A stretch of DNA of 64,000 nt from Planctomycetota bacterium (GCA_025993795.1 JAMQHL010000034.1:9291-73290); one strand, 5' to 3'; counted from the stretch's first letter, positions 44,939 to 55,081 are shown. The notes: generated by a model not told the origin, from the sequence alone. Translations and numbers: made by a program.

Positions 44939-47548
44939 CTAATCCTCGCCCTCTACCTTTCGGTCTGGTGCCTTTTCCTCTTCCTTGGCTTCCTTCTCTT
45001 TGGCGTCTTTTTTCTCGTCGGGGCCGGGCGTGATCGGGCTCTTTGGTTTGTCCGGCTCTTTCGGGTCTTCCTTGTCGCGGTCGCGGCGAACATGGTCAGT
45101 GAACACCGGCGGCGCTGCACGCTTCAGGAACAAGATGGCCCAGGCACAGTTGATCAGGTTGGAGGTCGGCCCCATGTCAGGACGAAAGCCTTGGCCATTG
45201 CTCCAGCTGCCGTCGAGGTTCTGCGCCTCAATCAGCGCTTCTGCGCCGATCATGTACCAGTCAAGGCCATTGCTGAGCTTTCGCAGGCCGGCAAGTTCAC
45301 ACCCGCGTTCCACCGAATAAAGATTGTAGTACGTGCCTATGCCGTCGCTGCAGGACTTCATCACCTGACCGTCGGCCCGTGCCAGCATTTCCGGCGTGTA
45401 GTAGGTGGCTGCAAGGCGCAATTGCGCGCCATGAATATGCCTGGCGATCTCGAACTCGAACTTCTGGTCGAGCGCGTCACGCGACTTCAGCTCGTCGAGG
45501 CAGATTGCCAGGCTGCCGATGCCGGCTGCCGTAAACTGCATGGTGTCACCGCCGCGCACGACACTGTACGACCAACCTCCTGCCACAATCTTGCCCTTGT
45601 GCACAACGGCCGTGCGGCCAGTGCCTTCGCTTGCGTACTGGTACTCCACCGCAGGCGCGCCCTGCACTTGCGCATAACTGTCGATCAGGCGCTGCGCCTC
45701 GTTCTTGAAGGTCGTGGCAGAAACCTTGGCGCCGAGCGTGCTTCCGGCCTGGTAGGCCAGCACCGCGAACTGTGTGCAGGAATTGTCGCTGTGGGTCAGT
45801 TTTTGGCTGGGGTAGTAGCCCCAACCACCCTGCAGCCCGCGCGAACCGTCAAGCTGGCCGATGATTGCGTCAATCACCGCCATGTGGTCCCGCTTGACCA
45901 GCTTGCGGATTTTGACTCGCGCCGCCTCAAACTCTTTCGCCGTGTTTGCGCTGAACAGGCCGGCTTCGCGCATTTCTGGCTCGTACAGCTTCTGGTACGC
46001 CATCAAGATCAAGCCAGCGTTGTACGTGCCGACCCCGCGCTGCGACATCGCCTCGCACTGGGTCGTGAGCTTGTCAAAGCCCCGTGTGATGACTTCAGCG
46101 TCCCGCGAGTAACGGCCATGAAGCAGCGCCAGCAGGCAGACCCCGGTGTTCCCGGGCTGCTGCTCGTTGGTGCCGCTGAAACTGCCGTCGGAGGTCAGCC
46201 GGGTTTCAAGGAATGCGCAACCGTCTTCAATGGCAAAGCCGACGCGATCATTGAAGCTGCCGCTGTCTTCACGCTCTTGGCTGGCATGCAGCAAAGCCAG
46301 GGCGTGCAGATAGCGGCCGATGGCTGCCAGTGTATGCGCAGACAAGGGGCCGTTTCCGGCGCGCAGCAGACCGCCGCACAGCGCGACGCCGGCAAGGGCG
46401 GTCTCGGCACTTTCGATTTCTTCGCGCTTCGTAATGGTAGCTCCAAGGCCCATTTCGTTCAGCAGATTGTGTCGGCCGACGAATGCGCCGCGCATGTCGG
46501 CCTTGGCCGTTGAGCGTGTCAGGCAGTCGTGCCGCCAAACATCCATGCTGGTGCGGGCCGTGGTCATGTCTTTGTGCAGCCCCCACAGGAACAACAGACC
46601 GGCCCCCCTTGGCTCAAGGCGTTCCCACTGCTCCGACCACTCTTCCAGCTTGGAAGTGACGGCCTTGAGTTGCTTGCTCAACGTGCTTTGAATGGACTTC
46701 GGCAGCAGGCCTTCCGGTGCGTTCAGCGCCAGGCTCAGGGCCATCATGCCCATCTGGTTGGTGTGCTGGGTCTGGCTGAACTGTTCAAGCCGGGGGTTGG
46801 TGGTCCATCCACCCTTGCGCTCCCAAGCTTTGCACAGGGAGCGCAGGTCGGTTTCCCACAGTGAGGTATCGACCTTCACGCCCGAGTCGTGGGCGCAACG
46901 CAGGATCACAGCGCGCCACATCTGGTTCGCAAACCAGTTGGTGTGAACATTATCCTTAGTAATGAAGGGCGAGTTGATCGCCGTTGCGGCTTTCATCTCT
47001 TGCGCGGTCTTGTAGATCTTCCCAGCGCGCTCTTTCAGTGCTTCCGGCGAACGGGCGTCGCCCCGCAACAGTGCCGCGCGGCAGATGAGCGCCTGGATTG
47101 CCGCCGGGCCTAGAAGGTTGCCGGCTGCGGGGACCTGCGTGTCCATCATGCGGCGCAGGTGGTTGTCAGCGGCCGCCGTCAGCGGCATGCCGCTCTCGAG
47201 CACGAGCCACAGGCGCATGGCCTCAACTTCGGTGAATGCCTCGGCAGTACTGACTTCAAACGACTTCAACGAAGAAGGCCGGTAGCGCCGACCTTTGAAC
47301 AGTTCTTCTTCAAACTCGGGGCGCAGCAGGTACCGCAGCGCGTTGTAAAGCACCTTTTCTTGCCGGCTGAGGGTGTCAGTGAGCGCTCGGGCGCGACTCA
47401 GTTCATCGGGGTCAATCGGCGCCGGTTTGATCGAGTCTTCCGCGGTAACCGAAAACGCGCAAACGCAAGCAAGTAACAGGGCGCATGGGAGGTAGCGAAG
47501 GATCCTCAATGTCTGCTCCGGCGAAAGGTCACACGACTGGGCAGACAT
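44939..47548 (-). CDS. Exported protein with prenyltransferase-like alpha/alpha toroid domain(s)
   Basis: GNTGVCLLAL, QGGWGY..SDNSCTQFAVL, GGWSY, YYNLYSVER, AQNLDGSW; start uncertain. Confidence 0.8.
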   Translation of the reverse strand: MSAQSCDLSPEQTLRILRYLPCALLLACVCAFSVTAEDSIKPAPIDPDELSRARALTDTLSRQEKVLYNALRYLLRPEFEEELFKGRRYRPSSLKSFEVSTAEAFTEVEAMRLWLVLESGMPLTAAADNHLRRMMDTQVPAAGNLLGPAAIQALICRAALLRGDARSPEALKERAGKIYKTAQEMKAATAINSPFITKDNVHTNWFANQMWRAVILRCAHDSGVKVDTSLWETDLRSLCKAWERKGGWTTNPRLEQFSQTQHTNQMGMMALSLALNAPEGLLPKSIQSTLSKQLKAVTSKLEEWSEQWERLEPRGAGLLFLWGLHKDMTTARTSMDVWRHDCLTRSTAKADMRGAFVGRHNLLNEMGLGATITKREEIESAETALAGVALCGGLLRAGNGPLSAHTLAAIGRYLHALALLHASQEREDSGSFNDRVGFAIEDGCAFLETRLTSDGSFSGTNEQQPGNTGVCLLALLHGRYSRDAEVITRGFDKLTTQCEAMSQRGVGTYNAGLILMAYQKLYEPEMREAGLFSANTAKEFEAARVKIRKLVKRDHMAVIDAIIGQLDGSRGLQGGWGYYPSQKLTHSDNSCTQFAVLAYQAGSTLGAKVSATTFKNEAQRLIDSYAQVQGAPAVEYQYASEGTGRTAVVHKGKIVAGGWSYSVVRGGDTMQFTAAGIGSLAICLDELKSRDALDQKFEFEIARHIHGAQLRLAATYYTPEMLARADGQVMKSCSDGIGTYYNLYSVERGCELAGLRKLSNGLDWYMIGAEALIEAQNLDGSWSNGQGFRPDMGPTSNLINCAWAILFLKRAAPPVFTDHVRRDRDKEDPKEPDKPKSPITPGPDEKKDAKEKEAKEEEKAPDRKVEGED

Positions 47549-47713
47549 AAGGTAGTGGATGGGCGGTCAAAGCCCAACACTATTGCCGATTCGCCATTGC
47601 GGATCAGGGCTCAGTGACTCGGTGCTTCGCGCTTTCGCAATTGATGCCAGCCGCGAGCCCCGAAAAAATACAACGTGCAGCGGTGTTGCCGCCGCCGCAC
47701 GTTAGCAAGTGAA

Positions 47714-48091
47714 TCAGACCGTTGATTCGGCAGCTTCGCCGTTGGCTTCGGCGTTTTCGTCTTCGCTGCTTTCGTTCTCATCGGACTCCGAGGTGAACTC
47801 AAGTTCCCACGGGCCGTCCGGTTCAAATTGCGCAAGCGTCAATTTGGTGATCACTTCGCTGGTGTCTACGTCAGGACCCCAGCTTACGCGGTCAACGGTG
47901 TCCTGGGCGGCGACGAGCTCAACGCTGTCTTCGTTGGCAACGCTCCACGGTGCCTTCTCAAGAGAAGCGCGCAGTTCCTTGAATGCTTCGCCCGGAATCA
48001 GAATGCCGTAGTGCCACGGCGCATCGTGCTGCAGCTCTTCAATTGTCGCGGCGTGCTCGCCATCAATGAAGATGTTCGTCTTCTCGCTCAC
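47714..48091 (-). CDS. Hypothetical acidic protein
   Basis: GTG at 48091 with GGAGA upstream; acidic tail. Confidence 0.65.
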   Translation of the reverse strand: MSEKTNIFIDGEHAATIEELQHDAPWHYGILIPGEAFKELRASLEKAPWSVANEDSVELVAAQDTVDRVSWGPDVDTSEVITKLTLAQFEPDGPWELEFTSESDENESSEDENAEANGEAAESTV

Positions 48092-48741
48092 TGTCTCTCC
48101 TGTACCCGCCGTTGCTCGTCGTGGTGGAATCATCAAGCCCGCATTCCTGCGGGCGTAAACTGGGGGAAAGCGCCTTGTCACCTTGCTGCTTCGGTCAACT
48201 TCGACACGAGTTTGAGGCGAAGAGGTATCTTCCCCTTTCCCTGCTTCCTATCTAATCGGATTTCCTTCCCGGTGCGAGGCGTAACACGGATTTTCTGGGG
48301 CAAGATTTTCGGGCCGACACGACTCCGCAGGTGCAAAACGCACAGCCGCGCTTTTGCACCGACGGCGTTGCAGCCAAAGGCAAGCGCCGCGACGCGCCAC
48401 ACACGCCTGAACGAACGCCCTGCGCAGGAACTTCCCGAATCGCCCTGTCAACCAAATACCGGGCGGTTAGTTCCGACCCCGCGGATACGACGCAACCATG
48501 TACAGCGTTTGGTTTTCCGACGTTACTGACACCCATCATGCAGTTTGGCACATAAGATCCACAAACTGCCAAGATTGCCCTGTCTGAATTTTTCCTGATT
48601 CCGTAACCCCAAACAAAGCAGGCACTTGCTCCAAACCCCATATTTCTCGCCTTTCCTCGCTAGTCGTACCCGTAACTTCTACTGTTACAATCGCCAGCGT
48701 CGGGCCCTCCCCGGCGTCCTGTTTGAAGGTTGTGGATTCCA

Positions 48742-50034
48742 ATGGCCTATCGCGTTGTGAAACTTCCGCTCACTACCACGCGCACCAGCACGACACGCGG
48801 TCGTACTCTCGTTCGTCTGTCACGAAAGCGCGGCAAGCTCCCGCGCTCAAGTTTTTCCGCGTTCCAGATTCTGGCCCGGCGTCTTGGGCGCCACGAGTTT
48901 CGCGTTGAATCCGACAAAGAGGACGGCTGGCTTCGCTGGTTGCGTGAAGCCGGCGGCGCCAAGCGCCACGGCGATGCGCTGAAGCTGGTTACTCGCGGCG
49001 ATGCCATGGCGGTTGTTGTACCCCTGGTCAAGGGTGTTGCTGCGCCGCGCATGGACGAAGTGATGCGCCTGTTTGCGGGACTTGAGCTGGCGCGGCAGCT
49101 CAGGGCCAAGCGCATCGGCAAGGTCGTCACACTGCTTTGGCCCGCGATCGACATTGGCGAATGGGGCGAAACCGGTATCAGCGCGATCATGCAGCGTACC
49201 GGCGAGCTTGAGGACGTCGGTTTTCGCGGCGGCGCCGTCCAGAAGTACATCGACGGTTTGCGCAGCACGTTGCCGGGAACCGGTTTTTCCAGCCTGCTTC
49301 TTGATCAGCTTGCCCGGGCCGCCGACGACGACCCTGACCTGTTCAAGGCGCGCCTGCTGCTTCGCTGGTTCGATGACGAGAACCTGACTGTTCTGAAGCC
49401 GACCGCATCGGCCGGATATGAACTGAACCTGCGCAACCTGTTCAAACAGATTCCGTTGGTTGCCGCTGTCGGCAGCGGAAGCCCCGTGGCGGGTGTACCC
49501 CCCGGCGAGCCCGTGCCCTACCCGGGCGGAAGTGCAACCGTGATTGAGGGCAAGGTCGAGAGCTGGCTGGCCAAGTTCGGGCTGCAGCCTGAAGAGGTGC
49601 TTGCCAGCGAAGTGCAACCCGACGATGCCGTGAAGCGCCACCTGCCTGAGGACATTCCGGGCGTGTTCAGCGAAGCGAAAGAGCGCGTGCTGTCTGAGCT
49701 GCTGCGCTTCGAAATGGGTCTGAATGACCTTGGGTTCAACCCCGAGAACGACATCAAGAAGCTGCTGACGAACACGGACATCGGGTTTGACAAGCTCCGT
49801 CAGCGCGCAACGACCGAAGCGGCACGCGAGGTGGACGTGAACGGCAAGCAGCTCGCCAAGCTGTTTCACTACCTGCTGCCCGACGGCAAGCCGCAGCAGG
49901 AGGTGATGAGCCTGCTGCATTATCTCGATTTTTACGGCCCCGACTTTCTTGAGGGGCTGCGCACGAAGCTGCAGTTCGATGACGTGAGGCACCAGGCTGT
50001 GTATCTGGCAGATGAAGATGCAGTCGGAGGTTAG
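48742..50034 (+). CDS. BshC-like protein with degenerate motifs
   Basis: SATVIEGKVESWLAKFGL and LLPDGKPQQEVMSLLHYLDFYGPDF resemble the BshC C-terminal half. Confidence 0.55.
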   Translation: MAYRVVKLPLTTTRTSTTRGRTLVRLSRKRGKLPRSSFSAFQILARRLGRHEFRVESDKEDGWLRWLREAGGAKRHGDALKLVTRGDAMAVVVPLVKGVAAPRMDEVMRLFAGLELARQLRAKRIGKVVTLLWPAIDIGEWGETGISAIMQRTGELEDVGFRGGAVQKYIDGLRSTLPGTGFSSLLLDQLARAADDDPDLFKARLLLRWFDDENLTVLKPTASAGYELNLRNLFKQIPLVAAVGSGSPVAGVPPGEPVPYPGGSATVIEGKVESWLAKFGLQPEEVLASEVQPDDAVKRHLPEDIPGVFSEAKERVLSELLRFEMGLNDLGFNPENDIKKLLTNTDIGFDKLRQRATTEAAREVDVNGKQLAKLFHYLLPDGKPQQEVMSLLHYLDFYGPDFLEGLRTKLQFDDVRHQAVYLADEDAVGG

Positions 50035-50242
50035 CAGTCTAGTCAGCAGTTTGTTGTAGGCCGACCGGGCAACTGCCAGCGACGCCCTGACTGCTGAAGA
50101 GAGAACTCGTTTCGCGGTACGTGTGATGCCATGTTGCACGTGCACAGGGCCCGGAGCGTTTGGCGGCGCGCCGGGCCCTCCCCATTTGTGACTGTGGGCA
50201 GGAGGTGTGGCACGATCTGCCGGCGATCACTACACTGCGGGT

Positions 50243-50851
50243 ATGCAGCAGCACACGAGCCAGCAAGATCTTCAAACGATCCGCGCGGCCCTTGAGGCGA
50301 ACTCGCGCCTTACTTCACTTTCGGGCGCGGCGCTGCTGATTTCGGGGTTCTTGACCTTCTTTGCTGCCGGCTTTACAGCGCAGGCCGGCCTGGCAGTGGG
50401 AAAGGCGCGTGCGGGCCTTGGAGGTGACGCGCTGGAGCAGATGGTGCTGATCTGGTCCGCAACACTGGTGGCCTCGGCGGCGCTGAACCTGCTGGGCATG
50501 CTGCGGCGTGCGCGCTCGGACGGGTTTCCGCTGGCGGCACGACTTGGGCGGCGCGTCCTGTTTGCGATGCTGCCGGCGCTTGCGGTGGGGGGCGCGCTGA
50601 CGCTGGCCCTGGTGATGCAGGGTTCGCTGCAATCGATTTTCGCGGTCTGGATGCTGTGCTATGGCGCGGCTCTGATTGCTGCGTCGGCCCACTCGTTGAC
50701 CAGCGTGCGTATGCTGGGCATGTTCACACTGATTGGTGGCGCGCTTGGCGTGATCCCCTGGCTGGAACTGGACTTCGTGCTGTTCGTCGCGACGTTCGGC
50801 GCCGGGCACTTCCTGCTGGGTGCATGGGTAGGAGTACGATATGGCTGGTAA
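50243..50851 (+). CDS. Hypothetical polytopic membrane protein
   Basis: About six hydrophobic segments; overlaps downstream HTH gene. Confidence 0.8.
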   Translation: MQQHTSQQDLQTIRAALEANSRLTSLSGAALLISGFLTFFAAGFTAQAGLAVGKARAGLGGDALEQMVLIWSATLVASAALNLLGMLRRARSDGFPLAARLGRRVLFAMLPALAVGGALTLALVMQGSLQSIFAVWMLCYGAALIAASAHSLTSVRMLGMFTLIGGALGVIPWLELDFVLFVATFGAGHFLLGAWVGVRYGW

Positions 50852-51161
50852 GGCAAGACTCAGCCCTGCCATTGAGCTTGACGGCGTAATACATGAGCGT
50901 GTGCGACTGGCAATCCTGTCCGCGCTGGGCAGCCACGGGCGCCTGAGCTTCAATGAACTCAAGGCGCTCACAGACACTACCGACGGCAACCTGAGTACGC
51001 ATTGCGGAAAGCTTGAAGGCGCCGGTTTCATTCGCGCGGCCAAGGGCCTGTTTGGCCGTCGCACGCGCACGAGCTACGAGATCACCACGGCGGGGCGCGC
51101 CGCGCTGCTGTCGTACCTTGAACAGCTTGAAAAGATCATGGGCGAGGTGCGGGGCCATTGA
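50841..51161 (+). CDS. Winged-helix (MarR/ArsR-like, HTH_34-type) transcriptional regulator
   Basis: IHERVRLAILSAL..LSFNELK..TDGNLSTHCGKLEGAGFI..RTSYEIT..GR. Confidence 0.9.
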   Translation: MAGKARLSPAIELDGVIHERVRLAILSALGSHGRLSFNELKALTDTTDGNLSTHCGKLEGAGFIRAAKGLFGRRTRTSYEITTAGRAALLSYLEQLEKIMGEVRGH

Positions 51162-51183
51162 TCCGCGCCATACGGAGGCAAAC

Positions 51184-51396
51184 ATGCCGAACGAATTCAT
51201 TGTGGTTGAGCGCATCGTGAACCAGCACGAACGCCATGACCCGGACGCCAAGAACCCGGGCTTCTTCGGTGTAGACAGCGAGACGATGATGCTGCGCAAC
51301 TACGGACAACTGGGCTATGCGCTGGTCAGCGTAGTCACCGAACCCGTAAGCCACGACCAGTCGCGCAGGCTTTTCTACATGATGAAGAAAGCGTAA
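51184..51396 (+). CDS. Small hypothetical protein (DUF4177-like)
   Basis: LRNYGQLGYALVSV motif; GGAGG upstream. Confidence 0.6.
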   Translation: MPNEFIVVERIVNQHERHDPDAKNPGFFGVDSETMMLRNYGQLGYALVSVVTEPVSHDQSRRLFYMMKKA

Positions 51397-51475
51397 GCCT
51401 CGTTACGTGTCTTGCGGACGATGATTTCGCGCATGCCGAGCTGGCATGCCCGCTACCCCAAGCCCCGGCTTTGCC

Positions 51476-52579
51476 ATGCTGATTCTGTGCGCGCCCGACA
51501 AATTCAAGCAGGCGTGTTCCGCAGGGCAAGCTGCGGAGGCGCTGGCGGCAGGGGTGCGCGACGCCGGCGCGGAGGCCCGCGTTCTGCCATTGGCCGACGG
51601 CGGCGAGGGCACACTCGATGTACTGAAAGGCGCGTTTCCGGTCAGCAAACAGGTGGCGGCCCGCGACGCGCTGGGCCGCGACGTGGCGACCGTCATTGGC
51701 GTGAGTGCAGACGGCAAACGCGCGCTGGTCGAGAGTGCGCAGGCCTGCGGCTTGTGGCGCCTCGACGAGCACGAACGCAACCCCCTTGAGACAGATACGC
51801 ACGGTGTCGGCCAGATGATCCAAGCCGCGCTGGAACTGGGCGTGAACGAGATTCTGCTGGGCCTGGGCGGCAGCGCCACCAGCGACGGCGGCGCCGGCAT
51901 GTGCGCGGCATTGGGCGCCAGGTTCTTTGGCGCAGACGACACCGAACTTCTGCCCACAGGCGGCCGATTGAAAGGCTTGCGCCGCGCCGACTTCAGCGGG
52001 CTCGACCCGCGTTTGAAAACGGTGCAGTTGCGCGCCATGTGCGATGTAATGTCGCCGATGCTGGGCCCGCACGGCGCAAGCCGCAAGTACGTCGTGCAGA
52101 AGGGCGGCACGACGCGCGCCATGCACAAGCTGGAAGAGGGCCTGTCGATCTACGCGCAATGCGCAAGCAACGCCGGCGCAACCGCCGACGGCCTTGAGCC
52201 GGGCAGCGGTGCTGCCGGCGGGCTGGGCTTTGGCGCACTGCTGCTGGGCGGCAAGCTGATCGAGGGTGCGCAGAAGGTGCTGGAGCTGATCGAATTCAAA
52301 ACGTTGCTCAAGGGCGTAAACGCCGTGTTCAGCGGCGAAGGCAGCTACGACGAACAGACCGCCGACGGCAAGCTGATCGCCGCGCTGGCCCGCGAGTGCA
52401 AAGCTGCAAGGGTGCCGCTGGTGGTGCTGGCCGGCACAACCAGCCCCGTCAGCATCGACGGCGTGACAGCCGTTTTCACGATCTCGCCCCACGGCGGCCG
52501 CCTGCAGGACAGGCTGAGCGAAACCACAGACAGCCTGCGCCAGCACGCGGCGGCCGTCACACGACTGCTTGCCCGCTGA
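51476..52579 (+). CDS. Glycerate kinase (GlxK/GarK family)
   Basis: APDKFK, LADGGEGT, GLGGSATSDGG, GSGAAGGLG, GEGSYDEQT..GK. Confidence 0.93.
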   Translation: MLILCAPDKFKQACSAGQAAEALAAGVRDAGAEARVLPLADGGEGTLDVLKGAFPVSKQVAARDALGRDVATVIGVSADGKRALVESAQACGLWRLDEHERNPLETDTHGVGQMIQAALELGVNEILLGLGGSATSDGGAGMCAALGARFFGADDTELLPTGGRLKGLRRADFSGLDPRLKTVQLRAMCDVMSPMLGPHGASRKYVVQKGGTTRAMHKLEEGLSIYAQCASNAGATADGLEPGSGAAGGLGFGALLLGGKLIEGAQKVLELIEFKTLLKGVNAVFSGEGSYDEQTADGKLIAALARECKAARVPLVVLAGTTSPVSIDGVTAVFTISPHGGRLQDRLSETTDSLRQHAAAVTRLLAR

Positions 52580-52801
52580 CGCGTATTCACATGTCGTCCA
52601 GTGCGAGTTCGCTGTTCGTTGCAGAAGCCAACCTGAACATGGGCTGGGCGGTCCGACTTAATTCCTGAGAAGAGCCCATGCTGATCGCGCAAAAGGCGTG
52701 AGCCGCGAAAACGCGACAGAACGGCATTTCTTCGCACTTTGGTGTTTCCGCGGCTGGCAGCGCAGTCTGGTTGTTACCCAGGAGAATTCTCGCCGGACCG
52801 C

Positions 52802-54298
52802 TTAGTCGTCAACGTAGCCCAGCTCTCGCAGGTGTGCTTCGATCTTCTCTTCTTCGCTTTTGCCGTTGCCCTGGGCCTTGGGCCCATCGCTGGTGCTGCG
52901 GGCTCCTGTTGCCTGGTCCAGCGCCTGCAAGAAGCTCCGCAACCGGCTTGCGGTTTCGCCTTCCGCGCCGAGTACACTTTTCAGTTCGCGGGGGTCGCGC
53001 TTGAGATAGAACAGCCGCCGCGTCGGCACTCCCGCGAGAAACAGGTATGGGTCGATGTACGCGGCCCTGAGCAATCCGAACAGGCCCTTTCGAAAGTGGT
53101 GGCCGTACAGAACCGGCAGCACGCCCGGCCGCGCGATCACGCTGAGTGCCCGGCCAAGCTCTTTGAAGTACTTCTTCACACGTGTGGCAAAGTGCGGCGG
53201 GTGGTACTCGACGTATTTCCAGTCGGGTGTGCGCACGACGCGCGCATGTTCTTCACGGTGAAACGGAAACGGCACCTCGATCACCAGCGCGTCGTGGATC
53301 TGGCGGCTGGTCTCTTCCCATAGCGGCCGCAGGCTTCTGCCGCGAAAGCGCCTTTGGGGTTCAAGGCCGCAGACATCCAGCACCGTCGGCGCAATGTCAA
53401 TCGTCTGCGCAAGACCGTCGCAGACCTTGCCCTGCGGCAGCACCTGCGGCGCGCGCATGATCATCGGTACGCGAATTTCTTCTTCCCATGGGTACTTGCC
53501 GTGGCCGGCGAGCCCGTGCTCAAAAAACATCTCGCCGTGGTCGCCGACCACCATGATCAGCGTTTCATCCAGCAGGTTGCGCTTTTCCAGCTCTGTGATC
53601 AGCTCGCCGAACTTCTCGTCCTGGTAACGCAGGCTGCCGTCGTACAGGTCGATCAACTGCTGCAAATCGGTCCGGTTGCGCACGCGCGAGAACGGCCGAC
53701 CGCGCCCGTCTACCGGCCCGGTGTACTTCGGGTCGGCTTCTGTATTGCAGCGGTCGGGCTGGCGAAACGGCTCATGGGTGTCGATCGACCAGATCAGCAT
53801 GAAGAATGGATCGTAGCTTTCGCCGCGCGCATCCAGCCAGCGCATGGCCCGCACGTGCAGGTCTTCACTGAGCGGCAGACAGTAGTCGTCGCCGCGCGAA
53901 TCCTGGCCGCGGTCTTTGCAGCGCTGGATCGTCTCGGCGTCCTTGAACGTGTCCTCAAACAGGTCAAAGCCGCGATTGAACCCGCGCAGCGCCGACACCT
54001 GATACACGCCCGAAAAGGCCACAGTCTGGTAACCCGCGCCCTTCAGCATCTCGGGCAGCCACGGCATGTCGGGGTTCAGGGCATCGCGCATCTTGTGAAT
54101 GCCGGTGCGCGACGGGTGCTGGCTTGAAAAGATGCTGGCGCCGCTGGGTGCGGTCCAGCCGCTGTTGGAGTAAGCATTGGAAAATGCCACGCCCTGTGCG
54201 CACATGCGGTCAAGGTTGGGCGTGCAGTCGCGGGGGTAGCCAAGCGCGTGAATGCGGTCAGCGCGCAGGCAATCCATGACGTAAAGGATGACGTTCAT
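52802..54298 (-). CDS. Sulfatase-fold (alkaline phosphatase superfamily) protein with Thr at the nucleophile position
   Basis: MDCLRAD, WTAPSGAS, DTHEP, LYDG, GDHGE, VPMIM. Confidence 0.85.
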   Translation of the reverse strand: MNVILYVMDCLRADRIHALGYPRDCTPNLDRMCAQGVAFSNAYSNSGWTAPSGASIFSSQHPSRTGIHKMRDALNPDMPWLPEMLKGAGYQTVAFSGVYQVSALRGFNRGFDLFEDTFKDAETIQRCKDRGQDSRGDDYCLPLSEDLHVRAMRWLDARGESYDPFFMLIWSIDTHEPFRQPDRCNTEADPKYTGPVDGRGRPFSRVRNRTDLQQLIDLYDGSLRYQDEKFGELITELEKRNLLDETLIMVVGDHGEMFFEHGLAGHGKYPWEEEIRVPMIMRAPQVLPQGKVCDGLAQTIDIAPTVLDVCGLEPQRRFRGRSLRPLWEETSRQIHDALVIEVPFPFHREEHARVVRTPDWKYVEYHPPHFATRVKKYFKELGRALSVIARPGVLPVLYGHHFRKGLFGLLRAAYIDPYLFLAGVPTRRLFYLKRDPRELKSVLGAEGETASRLRSFLQALDQATGARSTSDGPKAQGNGKSEEEKIEAHLRELGYVDD

Positions 54299-54450
54299 GC
54301 GTCGCAATATGCCGCAGGCAGGGCTTGCAGCATAGGGCTTGGGCAGTGGGGACAACGGCGCTCGCCAGGCCCCGGCCCCAAAGCCCCAAGGCCTGCTACC
54401 TTGCGTAGACGCGGCGATTTCGTAACACCGTGCGCCTCAGGAGGCATGGC

Positions 54451-54993
54451 ATGACAGAACGCAAGGGGTTTACTCTGTGGTTCACGGGGCTTTCCGGTGC
54501 CGGCAAGACCACATTGGCTGAGGCTGTTTCGGCCCGCATGCAGGCGCAGGCCATCGCGCACGAGATTCTTGACGGCGACGTAGTGCGCACGAACCTCAGC
54601 AAGGGCCTGGGCTTCAGCAAAGAAGACCGTGACACCAACATCCGCCGCATCGGCTTTGTCGCGCAGTTGCTGACGCGCAACGGCGTGCCGGTGCTTACCG
54701 CCGCGATCAGCCCCTACAAGGCGATTCGCGAAGAGTGCCGCGAAATGATCGGCCCCGAGCGCTTCATCGAGATCCATGTGCATGCGCCGCTTGAGACACT
54801 GGTCGAGCGCGACGTGAAGGGCCTGTACAAGAAAGCCATCGCCGGCGAGATCAAGAACTTCACGGGAGTAAGCGACCCCTACGAGGCGCCGGAGAGCCCG
54901 CACGTACGCGTAGACAGCAGCCTCGAGAGCGTCGAGGAATCGCTGGAAAAGGTCTGGAAGCACCTGCTTGAGCGCGGCTTCATTCGCAAATGA
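54451..54993 (+). CDS. cysC: Adenylyl-sulfate kinase
   Basis: WFTGLSGAGKTT, LDGD, LGFSKEDR, AISPY, RDVKGLY, FTGVSDPYE. Confidence 0.96.
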   Translation: MTERKGFTLWFTGLSGAGKTTLAEAVSARMQAQAIAHEILDGDVVRTNLSKGLGFSKEDRDTNIRRIGFVAQLLTRNGVPVLTAAISPYKAIREECREMIGPERFIEIHVHAPLETLVERDVKGLYKKAIAGEIKNFTGVSDPYEAPESPHVRVDSSLESVEESLEKVWKHLLERGFIRK

Positions 54994-55081
54994 CTGCGGC
55001 CGCTTTGGCTCGCAATTTCGGCCCAGGCCGCTATAAACGCGCCCTCACGGGCCGTGAACGCAGAACACGCTGGAGTTGAAC

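Noticed and set aside
39450-47548. Squalene-hopene cyclase or terpene cluster call
   Set aside because: No DxDD protonation motif, all proteins are exported, and no isoprenoid synthesis genes are adjacent
52580-52801. 220-bp gap between glycerate kinase and the sulfatase-fold gene
   Set aside because: No convincing ORF, repeat or known RNA motif recognised
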